Part shown: positions 19,224 to 29,242 of the stretch, in pieces
Layout: the number at the start of each line of letters is the position of its first letter
How positions within the stretch are numbered: position 1 is the stretch's first letter
NCBI GenBank assembly: GCA_964648855.1
Contig: CAZYLT010000011.1
Span: 2,158 to 66,157, forward strand
DNA length: 64,000 nt
Origin: an uncultured archaeon
Lineage (GTDB): Archaea; Asgardarchaeota; Thorarchaeia; Thorarchaeales; Thorarchaeaceae
Direction: 5' to 3'
Made by a program: the position numbers and the translations under genes
Notes under the pieces: generated by a model
Database searches by the model: none
The model's input: the letters and a program-made list of their open reading frames with translations, nothing else
Told to the model about the DNA's origin: nothing

Positions 19224-19811
19224 TTACTTTGGTGATGCTTTCAGAATCGACAACTTTTCAAAAAACAACTGTATCTGGTTGATTATCTCAGCGGATAGGT
19301 TCAAAGCTTCCATCGCATCCTCAATGTGTCCGACATCTGCTAATGATGACACAACAACAAAGATGACACCTCCCGGCTTGAGACGCCTAATTGCCTGACT
19401 TAGGAATTCTTCAGTTACTTCAGTACCTCGCACTCCTCCGATATACGACATATCCTCCTCTGTCACAACATCGTCTGCTGGAAGATATGGTGCATTGAAT
19501 ACGATAAAATCGAATACATGGTCGTCGGCTATTGCTAAGAATAGATCTGTCTGAAGAACATCTGTTAAATGATCCATTCTGTTACGAACTAGGTTCTCTT
19601 TGGTGTTCTTTACGGCTGATAGCGAAATGTCACAAGCTAGCAGCTTGTCTGCCTTGCCTGCTAAATGAACTGAAAGATAACCAGAGCCCGAACCCATCTC
19701 CAACACTTTTCCTTCTATTTGGGAATATATTGAATCCAGCAATAGAAACGTGTCTTCCGCTGGAGGGTATACTTCCTCCCGCACATGGAAATGAAACTTC
19801 TCTCCTCCCAT
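19224..19811 (-). CDS. HemK/Mtq2-family protein N5-glutamine methyltransferase-like
   Basis: Motif I LEMGSGSG and (D/N)PPY-variant NAPY. Confidence 0.65.
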   Translation of the reverse strand: MGGEKFHFHVREEVYPPAEDTFLLLDSIYSQIEGKVLEMGSGSGYLSVHLAGKADKLLACDISLSAVKNTKENLVRNRMDHLTDVLQTDLFLAIADDHVFDFIVFNAPYLPADDVVTEEDMSYIGGVRGTEVTEEFLSQAIRRLKPGGVIFVVVSSLADVGHIEDAMEALNLSAEIINQIQLFFEKLSILKASPK

Positions 19812-19813
19812 GC

Positions 19814-20674
19814 CTATTCCCCTTTCAATGCATCAATTATGCCCTCTTGCTGTAGCTCAAACAAGACATCTGATAGCCCTATAATCTGCGAGAGTTTCAG
19901 TTCTCGCGGACGGGTTTTCCCCAGTCTTTCGTCCATTTGTTCAAGAATTCTCCATGCAAGCTCTTCCTGTTCGCCCAGATTTCTTAGCCAAATTCCCAAT
20001 GCGTTTCGGAGATACTTGTTCGGATATGAGAATATCCCTCGGACGACTGCATCAAATATCTCATCATCCTTCGCCCTCGGACCTGACTTCTTTTGCTTGA
20101 TTTTCAATACAGTTGAATCAACTGCCGGCACTGGGTAAAATTCGTTCGCCCCAACATCCATTATCTTTTCAGCTGTTGCCTTATACTGGAAATTCACGCT
20201 TACGCGAGAGAATGTTGAATCTCCTGAACTGGCTAGAAAGCGGTCTGCAAATTCCTTCTGATACATCAGAACCGCACACTCAAAATCCAATTCCGAGAGA
20301 AGTCTGAAGGTTATTTGAGATGCAACATTATATGGTAGATTTGAAACGATCTTGTCTGCATCAGGCAAATCCACTTCGAGAGCATCTCCTTGAATAATCC
20401 TAATATTATCTGTCTTCTCAAACAAATCCCGGAGCGCTCTTACAAGTCCTGGCTCAATTTCAACTAGAACGACCTTTGCACCAGTTCGTACTAGAATCGA
20501 TGTGAGTACACCCAAACCGGGACCAATCTCGAGTACGATGTCACTAGGCACTATGTTTGCATGCTCTACAATCTTCCTAGCGACTTGCTTGTTCAAGAGG
20601 AATGTCTGTCCAAATTCGCGTTTCAGTCCAACTTGATACCTTTTTAGTAGAGATCTTATTTGATGCTCTGACAA
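19814..20674 (-). CDS. ksgA: 16S rRNA (adenine1518/1519-N6)-dimethyltransferase KsgA/Dim1
   Basis: FGQTFL, EIGPGLG, SNLPYNV motifs. Confidence 0.85.
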   Translation of the reverse strand: MSEHQIRSLLKRYQVGLKREFGQTFLLNKQVARKIVEHANIVPSDIVLEIGPGLGVLTSILVRTGAKVVLVEIEPGLVRALRDLFEKTDNIRIIQGDALEVDLPDADKIVSNLPYNVASQITFRLLSELDFECAVLMYQKEFADRFLASSGDSTFSRVSVNFQYKATAEKIMDVGANEFYPVPAVDSTVLKIKQKKSGPRAKDDEIFDAVVRGIFSYPNKYLRNALGIWLRNLGEQEELAWRILEQMDERLGKTRPRELKLSQIIGLSDVLFELQQEGIIDALKGE

Positions 20675-20701
20675 AATCGGTCACCAGATTGAAACTGTAG
20701 A

Positions 20702-21304
20702 CTATCTGCCTGAATGGCGTGGCCTATCCGAATCAGTAATTGGAGGCTTTACGAAAAGCCAACGCTTTACATCTCCCTTCAATTCGTCCACTATCCGTCC
20801 AGTAACAACCTTCTTTGGATTTTGTAATTTTGTTCTGGACGCGATATCATCGAAGCTCTTGAATTTTCCCTTCTTTCGTTCCTCTAGAAGAGCCCACATG
20901 AGTGTCTGACCTATACCCGGCAAAAGCTGCAATGAATGCATCCTCGTTGTAATGGGGGGTGCCTCATTAAAGAACTTCACAAATCTAGTCTCATGTTTAG
21001 TGACTATTATCTCGATTACTAGCGGTAGTTCAGCAGAACTTTCAGGAGCAAGGTCGTCATAGGAAATACGTCTTTTTACATGATCTATCTGTCCACGTGC
21101 GTCTCTCTCGATAACTACTCGATCCTGTGGACGTAGCTTTGCTCCCCGCTTAGGAACAAGCTCTAAGAGTGTGAAGTTGTCTTCTCCAATGGACTGGACT
21201 GTTGAACCTGAACTTCCCCTGCCTTCCCTTAGAAAGGTCTTTGGCGGAATGACTGCCAAGACATAGGCATGTGTTTCGTACGCTCGATTGTCAGGTTGTT
21301 CCAT
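20702..21304 (-). CDS. DUF655-family HhH protein (conserved partner of ksgA in archaea)
   Basis: HhH LLPGIGQTLMWALL; conserved position between rpoF and ksgA. Confidence 0.45.
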   Translation of the reverse strand: MEQPDNRAYETHAYVLAVIPPKTFLREGRGSSGSTVQSIGEDNFTLLELVPKRGAKLRPQDRVVIERDARGQIDHVKRRISYDDLAPESSAELPLVIEIIVTKHETRFVKFFNEAPPITTRMHSLQLLPGIGQTLMWALLEERKKGKFKSFDDIASRTKLQNPKKVVTGRIVDELKGDVKRWLFVKPPITDSDRPRHSGR

Positions 21305-21434
21305 CCATAATCGCTCCTAATTGGTATAGACAACATTGTCATGAATTGTGTTTTGAGGGATAAAAGTCAATCGGGCTAGGCTGATGGACACATATCGCAT
21401 CTTGTTCATACAAAAAATCCATCGAGTAATGATA

Positions 21435-21770
21435 CTACCTAACCTTACTCTCCATTATTTCTGCTATCTCCTCAAGCTGTTCATCCGTAAGACCCGTTGG
21501 CCGGAGATCAATGAGGGTCTTAAGCTCCTCTGGTGTGGTTGGACCAATATTCACTATTTGAACTGCTTGGAATCTCGTGAGTTCGTAATTCTTCATTAGC
21601 CTCTTCACAAGACGTTTGGAAGCGGACGGTGTCATCTTAGCAAAGGTGGTTGCATGCTCTAGAGTAATGGTTTGCTGGAAAGATAACTCGCCCTGTTTCT
21701 CTCTCTTCTTAAGAATTTTTTTGACTTGAGGTAACGTGACCTCTTTATCATCAATTATTTCTCGTGGCAT
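21435..21770 (-). CDS. rpoF: DNA-directed RNA polymerase subunit F (Rpo4/Rpb4 homologue)
   Basis: GELSFQQTITLEHATTFAK...AVQIVNIGP matches RpoF blocks; conserved L21e-RpoF synteny. Confidence 0.65.
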   Translation of the reverse strand: MPREIIDDKEVTLPQVKKILKKREKQGELSFQQTITLEHATTFAKMTPSASKRLVKRLMKNYELTRFQAVQIVNIGPTTPEELKTLIDLRPTGLTDEQLEEIAEIMESKVR

Positions 21771-21780
21771 CTGTCAGCAC

Positions 21781-22083
21781 TTACTCCTTGTTGGGCCGTA
21801 GATGCTCAGGGCGCACAATCAATGTCTTGGTTGCTTTTCCGAGACTGACTTCGACGATAACTCCTCTGCCTCTCATCCCCTTTACAATTCCGGTTCTGCC
21901 TTGGTATCGTCTATGTGGCATGCCCTTATGCATACTAGGGTCGATAACGATGTTGACACGTTGGCCCTCTTGGTATTCAATAAGCATTGAGCCCAGTGGT
22001 GAAATACCTCGATTTCTAGGCCTCTTAGACATGAGGCTACGAGTTCTTGCACGGTATCCATGACTCTTCTTTACCATGACCAT
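21781..22083 (-). CDS. rpl21e: 50S ribosomal protein L21e
   Basis: SHGYRARTRSLMSKRPRNRG...IVIDPSMHKGMPHRRYQGRTG. Confidence 0.85.
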   Translation of the reverse strand: MVMVKKSHGYRARTRSLMSKRPRNRGISPLGSMLIEYQEGQRVNIVIDPSMHKGMPHRRYQGRTGIVKGMRGRGVIVEVSLGKATKTLIVRPEHLRPNKE

Positions 22084-22188
22084 CGACCTGTTGTTAATTG
22101 ATTACCCCGGAATTTAAGGAAGAAGGTATGCACACCCACCCGAGGCTCAGCATCACGTCTTTAGTGACCACTTAAGGATTATGGTGTG

Positions 22189-23559
22189 TTAAGCACGAAT
22201 TGCTGTCACATTTAGCTTCAGGCATTTGCATTTTATTCCAAGGAGACTACTCAGTGAGGGAGTAGTTCTTCCCTCGTCTCCGGAGATCAACTCCTTGACA
22301 TAGGTGCCCCCTTGCACGACGAAATCACCACGCAATTCGAGCTCATCAGTCTTTAGTAACCTAACGCTATGAATCGTCTTTTTCCTAATGCGGTCGCTTC
22401 TTCGATGTGCCACTCTATGTGGTGTTCTTTGCTTAATTTCAATGTCCTTCAGCTCTGTTTCAGCCCTTCGCAGCATATCATCGGACACTTCTTCCTCGGT
22501 TGATATCTTCGCCACATATTCCTTGATATTCGATGAGGCATCACTCTTCAGATTCTGCATTACATCCCTTGATGTGAACTCAAGGGAATCAACTTCCACT
22601 TTTCCGCCAGCTTTACTATTGATTGTCGATTCAATCTCATCAAGGTCAATCTTGCGTTTTTTTGGTTCAGATATTTCTACAACAAATGGTCGTCCTGACC
22701 CCAACATCAAGGCATCCACGTCTTCCCTTCCTGCTGCATGAAACTTGAACTTGGTACCTTGAGCCGCTTCTAGTATTGGTTTACTTACATATTCCGATAC
22801 AGAATCAGGGTATCTCCTGCCTGTTCCATTGCACTCTTCACAGCCTTTACCATTGCAGCTAGTGCAATCCCACCTGCTTTGAGGAATTCCCCGCTCCAGC
22901 TTTCTGTAACGGCCGAAAATAAAAATGGGGTTGATTTGAAGGCGGAATGTATCCTCTCTCATTTCATAGATTACTACAATATCTGGGTTTTCGAATTCGA
23001 CTCTTTTCTCCACAAGTTGCTCAAGACATTTACCGAGTTCTCTATTAAAGTCTGACTTCAATGCCTCAGCATGAAGAAGATTCAGTTTTGCGCGTAATTC
23101 ATCCTGTCTTTCTGAAAGAGTTGGGTCTGGTACAGAACCTACGAGAAATGTATCAAACTCGTAAGAGCGCACTCTCTCTTGGGCTCTCCTTGCTATGTCC
23201 GGTATTTGTTTGAACAGAGGCTCATTTCTGACTTCACAGAGATAGCAGTTTTTATGGCCATCAACATCAATTCCATGTTCCTCACAAAGCGAAATTGCAG
23301 GTTCATACATACCATGATCTGCTAGCTGAGGTATTATTGTGTCCTGAATCTTTGCATCTCCTGTCCTAATTCGTTCGTCTGCAATCATTGTCAATAACAG
23401 CTTAATGCTTCTTCCACGTTCTTCATTTGTGGAATCAGTGCTAAGCCATGCAAACTGTCTTCCAAGGCACTGATCACATACTGGGTGCAATGTTAGTAAC
23501 TCGACTGACTTCTCAAGAACATCCTTTCTGGCGTTCATCTTCATTGCCTCCAGTGACAA
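22189..23559 (-). CDS. pus10: tRNA pseudouridine(54/55) synthase Pus10
   Basis: N-terminal CDQCLGRQFA and CTSCNGKGCEECNGTG zinc motifs, THUMP-like middle and Psi-synthase C-terminal region, 456 aa. Confidence 0.65.
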   Translation of the reverse strand: MSLEAMKMNARKDVLEKSVELLTLHPVCDQCLGRQFAWLSTDSTNEERGRSIKLLLTMIADERIRTGDAKIQDTIIPQLADHGMYEPAISLCEEHGIDVDGHKNCYLCEVRNEPLFKQIPDIARRAQERVRSYEFDTFLVGSVPDPTLSERQDELRAKLNLLHAEALKSDFNRELGKCLEQLVEKRVEFENPDIVVIYEMREDTFRLQINPIFIFGRYRKLERGIPQSRWDCTSCNGKGCEECNGTGRRYPDSVSEYVSKPILEAAQGTKFKFHAAGREDVDALMLGSGRPFVVEISEPKKRKIDLDEIESTINSKAGGKVEVDSLEFTSRDVMQNLKSDASSNIKEYVAKISTEEEVSDDMLRRAETELKDIEIKQRTPHRVAHRRSDRIRKKTIHSVRLLKTDELELRGDFVVQGGTYVKELISGDEGRTTPSLSSLLGIKCKCLKLNVTAIRA

Positions 23560-23598
23560 GTTTCTCTATTAGGAAAATGATAAAGATGTAGCTATGTA

Positions 23599-24795
23599 TC
23601 ATATCAATGGCGACAAGTATCTTATCGCCCTGAGCCCTGCGATATACGCCATGGGCTTTTTCATAAGGTCAAGAATCACCCGTTTCTGCTTATCCATATC
23701 TCCTGATTTTTCAACCACTTGTAATAGTCCGTATTCTGATATGTCATGAATCAAGGAATCAAGCCCTTTATCGGACAAAGATGTGAGAAATTTCTGAGCG
23801 ATAAACATAGCGCGAAATTCTCTCTCTAGATTTGCTCTCCATTGAGCACTGTACTCATCGAGCCCCCGCTCGAATTCGGCCCTAAGCAGTCTGTTCCTTA
23901 TGACTTGGCCAGCAATTCTTGCAGCAATACCTCCCAGAATAACACCCCCACCAGTCGTCGCCTTCACATGCCCTGCGGCATCACCCGTGACAACTGCATT
24001 TCCTATTGATGTTCTTTCTATAGGCGTCCCAACTAATACAATTCCTCCAAATCCTCTTCGGATTCTTGCGCCCTCTACTCTTTTAGATATCAAGAAATGA
24101 TGTTTCATGGCGGATTCCAGACGCCGCTTTGCCTCCCCTCTTGAGGCTAATCCCACACGTGCTTTTCCTTCTCCAAGCGGAATAATCCATGCAAAAAAGC
24201 CTGCAGAGAGCTTCCTCCCATAGAACATCTCCACATGTTTCTGATCAATATCGGCACCTTCCATTTCAAATTGAAATGCAGGATATTTGCTACTCTTAGG
24301 AACGGTAGGAAACCCCAGTTGCTGCGAGATTTGGCAACGAGGACCCTCAGCTACACAGACAAACCTCGATTGTATAGATTCAGCTACAGATCTCAAAGAT
24401 AGGGTGTACTTCTGCCCATCAATGCGTATCTTATTCACATGGGCGTCAGTCTTTATCTGTACACCCTTCTTCTCAGCCCTGTCTGCCAACCACTGGTCGA
24501 ATAGGCTTCTGTTTACCACAAGTGCCTCCCTTTTCTTTCTCTCAATGAGAAGAGAGTGACCTGACGGGGAGTAGATTTTGGCACCCTCTATCGTGTTTTG
24601 AATTACTGAATTGGGGGGACGCAGCCCCAAATCATCCAGACCAGAAACACTCAGTAGTCCTGCACAGTGGTCCGGAACGCCTACTTCTTTGTGCTCTTCC
24701 AAAACAACAACATCGAAATCATGCTCAGTTACCTCGGTGGCAGCCAATAATCCGCTTGGTCCGGCTCCGACCACAGCCACGTCATACATCATCAT
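23599..24795 (-). CDS. geranylgeranyl reductase family FAD-dependent oxidoreductase
   Basis: YDVAVVGAGPSGLLAA Rossmann motif, GDAAGHV; start placed at MMMYD (ORF extends to 24918). Confidence 0.7.
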   Translation of the reverse strand: MMMYDVAVVGAGPSGLLAATEVTEHDFDVVVLEEHKEVGVPDHCAGLLSVSGLDDLGLRPPNSVIQNTIEGAKIYSPSGHSLLIERKKREALVVNRSLFDQWLADRAEKKGVQIKTDAHVNKIRIDGQKYTLSLRSVAESIQSRFVCVAEGPRCQISQQLGFPTVPKSSKYPAFQFEMEGADIDQKHVEMFYGRKLSAGFFAWIIPLGEGKARVGLASRGEAKRRLESAMKHHFLISKRVEGARIRRGFGGIVLVGTPIERTSIGNAVVTGDAAGHVKATTGGGVILGGIAARIAGQVIRNRLLRAEFERGLDEYSAQWRANLEREFRAMFIAQKFLTSLSDKGLDSLIHDISEYGLLQVVEKSGDMDKQKRVILDLMKKPMAYIAGLRAIRYLSPLI

Positions 24796-25263
24796 GTTTC
24801 GAATAAAATGGACGCAAAACACCCTTTTTATAATCTGTTCCCGCAAAGTGAGTGAACTCAAATCGTGTGAAACTTCTGTGTTCCACCCTTCCCCCTGTGG
24901 ATTTTTCTGAAAAGTCACACTCAGTCACAACGAGGCCTTTCACAATTCTTACCACGGCGGGTTCATGATCGCCCTTACAAGCTTCATTACCGAAGGTAGC
25001 AAGGCTCGTCGGAGCATTGTTCATCTCGAGGACTGAGGGGTTTTAGACCTAGCCACTGCTAGATTGCATTAATCTTTGAGAGTATCCAACCACCACACCT
25101 TACATAGAAGAGCCACAACTGGCTTGTTGTTGCGGTGTACCTGCATCCTGACACAAGAATTGTATCAGTATAGGAGCGGTAATGAAATGCCAGAAAGACC
25201 AAGTTCAATCTAGAACTATTACAAGAACATCTTATAAATTAAAAAAAACAATGAATTTATATG

Positions 25264-25273
25264 TTATAAAAAT
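25264..25273 (+). promoter_or_regulatory. TATA-box-like element ~25 nt upstream of the 25295 ATG
   Basis: ttataaaaat in an AT-rich intergenic region. Confidence 0.3.
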
Positions 25274-25294
25274 AAGAACTACGAGGTTATTGTA

Positions 25295-27034
25295 ATGAAG
25301 TGGGAGAATAGGATGAAAAGAGAGTTCCTTGTATTCCTTCTTGTTTTTCAGATTACTCTTCTGTTGGTTCCGATGGAATCAATCGCCATGAGTACCGCTG
25401 CAATTTCCAGCCCGAGTCAAGCTACGGTCGAGAGCAGTCAAATACCTGAGAGTGTTGTTTCTGGCTCATCGCAAGCAGATACATCTAAAGCGATAAGTGA
25501 CTTTTCCGTTCGTGCTGTCGGAAGAGTAGAGGAATTCAACCAAATAATGTGGGAGGGAATCGACTGCAGAAGGCCATTACTGGATGCACCGTGGATGCCG
25601 TTCGAAAACCGATATGGTTCGCCACCGGCAGAAGTAGCTTTGCCAACAAACCACACTGATGTGGACGGGCCGATTTCCATAACTGGAGATTACATCCCTA
25701 TAGATAATGCAGAGTCCTCGATTTTATCGAATGCTGAAGAGGCTCAGATGGATACACGGACCGAGAGCGATGGTGTGGATTGTGATGACACCGGATTCTA
25801 TCCGTATACGATCACCAATAGCTACGCCGCTCCCGAGATGTCACCTGCAAAAGATGCACACTGGTTCATCAAGAAGAGCTACTCTGTGTTGGCATTTGAA
25901 TTCATCAATCCATCGTTGTCGGAAGTTCATCTCTATATCGATGTTGAACGCGACCAAGATATCTACTCTCGCTACTTGACGTTCTATCTTGATGGCAGTC
26001 TGACCCACCAGTATGTGATTGGGTCAGGTGGGTTTCACGGGGCAGTGGTCTTCTACAATGTGTTTGAGGGACCACATAAAGTAGAGGTTGCAGTGAATTA
26101 TTGTGGCTGGAAAGAACATCAATGGGAAGTGACATATGTCTCTCCATTTGTTCCGGTTCTATACGCCAATCCAATGCCACTATACCAATTTTGCGAGTAT
26201 TTTCCGCATGGGTCATACCCAACATTAGAGTGGCAAGTACAGGCGGGTTTAGACACACACATACATATCGATACCGATGTGATGGCAGGTTCCACCTTTA
26301 GTATCAAACTGTACATAAATGACCAGCTACGGGCTATTCTTAGCGCAGGTGGTGGATATGATTTGGTCATGGGGACGTATGCAGATGACGAGCTCTTGAA
26401 CATGAAACTGAAGATACTGTCCTCTTCCAACACATACTATGGAACGAAGATCGATTACCTGGCAGTGAGCCACCGTGTGGTGATGCTAGAGATTGACTAT
26501 ATGGTCGACCAAAACCAAGACCCTCTCGTTCCGCTCTCAGACATCAATAGCATGGCTAGCTACGTGAGGTCGTATTATATAATGCATGGATATGCAAGAT
26601 GCGACTATGTAGTTGATGACCCGGTTCCTTGGGACCAAGAAACCACATTGTTTGACGAACATCGTGATACCTATGATGCTTACTGCAATCATCAATTCGA
26701 GGCGGCATATGAATGGGTCTTCATTCTAAACCAGGTGGCGGGAGAGCTTTGGGGAGGATATCATTACAAACATGATTCAAGTTCTTGGGGGTGGGGAATG
26801 GGTATTTGTGCCAAGTACCTACCTACATTGGACCATCTCAAAACGGTCATGCTGCATGAGTTTGGGCATCATGCAGGTATAATAGACCGGTATCCTAGTG
26901 GCGACGAGCACTATTGTGACAATTATTATTGCTGCATGGCAAAGATTCGAGATTGGTACAATGTTGGGCCAAATCCATGGTATTGCATATTCCACTGGTC
27001 CCTTCGAGATTATCCATATACTCCTCAAGATTAG
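25295..27034 (+). CDS. secreted/membrane-anchored putative zinc metalloprotease (HExxH)
   Basis: N-terminal hydrophobic signal (FLVFLLVFQITLLLVPM); C-terminal VMLHEFGHHAGIIDRY zinc-binding motif; Cys-rich tail. Confidence 0.45.
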   Translation: MKWENRMKREFLVFLLVFQITLLLVPMESIAMSTAAISSPSQATVESSQIPESVVSGSSQADTSKAISDFSVRAVGRVEEFNQIMWEGIDCRRPLLDAPWMPFENRYGSPPAEVALPTNHTDVDGPISITGDYIPIDNAESSILSNAEEAQMDTRTESDGVDCDDTGFYPYTITNSYAAPEMSPAKDAHWFIKKSYSVLAFEFINPSLSEVHLYIDVERDQDIYSRYLTFYLDGSLTHQYVIGSGGFHGAVVFYNVFEGPHKVEVAVNYCGWKEHQWEVTYVSPFVPVLYANPMPLYQFCEYFPHGSYPTLEWQVQAGLDTHIHIDTDVMAGSTFSIKLYINDQLRAILSAGGGYDLVMGTYADDELLNMKLKILSSSNTYYGTKIDYLAVSHRVVMLEIDYMVDQNQDPLVPLSDINSMASYVRSYYIMHGYARCDYVVDDPVPWDQETTLFDEHRDTYDAYCNHQFEAAYEWVFILNQVAGELWGGYHYKHDSSSWGWGMGICAKYLPTLDHLKTVMLHEFGHHAGIIDRYPSGDEHYCDNYYCCMAKIRDWYNVGPNPWYCIFHWSLRDYPYTPQD

Positions 27035-27124
27035 CAAAAGCAATGAATCTTACTGAGCGCGAAAATAATCGCTGGAAAAACTTAACTCTATCAAGTATGG
27101 TATAGAGATACGGATGGGATACTA

Positions 27125-27565
27125 TTGAACGGATTTGAGAAGTTGAAAAGAAGCCTCAAAATGCAATCACACGCATCAGTTGGCTCTCTCCTCCTCTTGG
27201 GCATACTGCAGGTTCTTCGTGGGGTATTAAACTTCTTGTGGTTCGCTCAGCTGGGCGTTCCAAATCCGCCGACACCTCCGGGCGTCGATGTTGCAGTGAT
27301 TGTGAACACGTTATTCTTGTTTCTTTGCATAATCGATATTGCCTTGATAGTGATGATACCCCTCGTCATAAGATACAGGATTGCTTTTTTCGTGCTATTC
27401 TCTTTCGACATCTTGTTGGCTTTTGAAGGGGTCTGGTTTCGGACTGCTGCGTACCAACACCATTTTCCATGGTATTTTATCGGTGTTTCTCTCGTTTCAA
27501 TCCTTCATCTTGCTCTCCTGCTTACATGGGACCTTCTCATTATGAAAAAGTTCCATACTGCTTGA
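27125..27565 (+). CDS. hypothetical membrane protein
   Basis: Four predicted hydrophobic helices. Confidence 0.3.
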   Translation: MNGFEKLKRSLKMQSHASVGSLLLLGILQVLRGVLNFLWFAQLGVPNPPTPPGVDVAVIVNTLFLFLCIIDIALIVMIPLVIRYRIAFFVLFSFDILLAFEGVWFRTAAYQHHFPWYFIGVSLVSILHLALLLTWDLLIMKKFHTA

Positions 27566-27763
27566 GCTGAACTTTGGAAAGAACTCTGCAGGCTTTGTAT
27601 TTTCTGCAGCTAGTAGCCTTCATATCGCAATGACAGAGTTACACGCATCAAATAAGCTACAGAAACTGGCCACTAAAATAACATAAAATAGAGAGTCTTT
27701 TTGTGTCTCGCAACCATTTACGTGCTTCAATTCAAAGAAAAACTATAGTCAGTGCAATCTGAC

Positions 27764-28069
27764 TTACACTCGAAGTTCGATTCCATTTGAACTGATATTG
27801 AAGGGGATAATATCCATCGAGTGAATGATTCCCCTCATTTTGATAATCCGCAACCGCCGTTTTACCGAGCCTTCAACTCTCTCGAATGACAACTTGATGA
27901 TGCCTTGACTTGCATACCTTTCGACCATAATTCCTGCTTCATCCAGCTCGCTTGTGAGCAACGCAGTCACGGAGAGTCTTGACAACAGAGCAGCAATCTT
28001 CATTACTGCCTCTCTTCCTTCCTGTAAGCCCAAATCGTTAAGGGATGCGGCAACTGAATCTAACACCAA
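27764..28069 (-). pseudogene. KaiC/RecA-superfamily ATPase, C-terminal fragment only (Walker A region absent)
   Basis: RRLRIIKMRGIIHSMDIIPFNISSNGIEL matches the KaiC/RadA C-terminal block (LKMRGSxH...ITxxGIEI); frame is closed by an in-frame TGA ~20 codons upstream of the TTG start; no P-loop in any upstream frame. Confidence 0.35.
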
Positions 28070-28827
28070 ACGCTTCGCTCCAATTTTCTCCTGTCCCTCT
28101 GAGATTCTATCCAGGATGGTCTTGAATCAAGTTTTCCAACGGGGATTGCGAACGCCACAACAAAAAACCATTCTTTCACTATTCCTCAAACTGTGCCCAG
28201 CCGTCGCATGCAGAGTAAAACATCCACCAGTTCAGGGCCTTTGGCTCAACTCGCAGCTTGACTCCACTATCGGCATAGGCCCAGTCCTGTCTTCCTTGCT
28301 TCCATGGTGACCCGCAGAGTGGACAGACCATGAGCATGTTATGGATTTCACTTTTTTAAAGCTCGTTGGGATTTGTTAATACTAAAGCAGGGAACAGGCG
28401 TTTTCTAATTCTTTGGGTGTAATTATGATTGTCTGTCCTCCTATTCTCTTGGGCAATGAGCTCATGTCCGAGAGAAATGGATAGATTCAGGTATTCTGAC
28501 GCTCAGTGAGAGGATTGTAGTGGACTGGCGATGCCTGCTATCGACAACGGAGAAGAGGGGCTTGCAGATGGTGGACTGGATCAGAATCCCCACGATGTCA
28601 ATCCTGCGCATGGCCTCTTTCGCGATGTTACATAATCAGAGGACAGGTATTCGATCTGAATTCATCTCTGACTAACCTAGCTAAATGAACTAGAGGATTT
28701 AGGAATAAAAAAAGGATCTGTTGCCCTCATCCATGGCTGCTGTTACTTCAGTATGGGGGAAAATTTGGGAAAAATCTAACACTTTTATTGGACATTTGAA
28801 CTAGGAGACAGGAGATATTACAATTCT

Positions 28828-29232
28828 TTGCAAATGAAGAACGTGATTAGAAGAATGTCGTTAATGAAAGATAGGTTATTTGCCTATAAGCAAGTAATTG
28901 CTGTAAGAACTGACTTGGATATGAGCTCGGGAAAGACTGCAGTACAGGTTGCACACGCAGCGGTAAGCGCAGGAGAACGTACGCGCACTATGAAGCAAGA
29001 AGTCTACAAGGCATGGCTAAGAGAGGGTCAAAAGAAGGTTGCAGTGAAAGTGGGTTCGCAAGAGGAACTTATCGAGCTAGTTCGAGGTGCAAACAATATG
29101 GGTCTGCCATATGCCTTAGTGAAAGATGCAGGACTAACAGAGCTTCCCGCTGGCACGGCCACGGTAGTCGGTATCGGCCCTGCTAAGTCTAAAGAAATTG
29201 ACAGACTAACTGGACATCTCAAACTATTGTGA
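28828..29232 (+). CDS. pth2: peptidyl-tRNA hydrolase Pth2
   Basis: YKQVIAVRTDLDMSSGKTAVQVAHAAV...VKDAGLTELPAGTATVVGIGP. Confidence 0.8.
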   Translation: MQMKNVIRRMSLMKDRLFAYKQVIAVRTDLDMSSGKTAVQVAHAAVSAGERTRTMKQEVYKAWLREGQKKVAVKVGSQEELIELVRGANNMGLPYALVKDAGLTELPAGTATVVGIGPAKSKEIDRLTGHLKLL

Positions 29233-29242
29233 GTGACAATCG

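Noticed and set aside
28332-28827. Several 40-55-aa ORFs in the non-coding gap
   Set aside because: The translations are low complexity with no motifs; the region is kept as possible ncRNA or decayed sequence instead.
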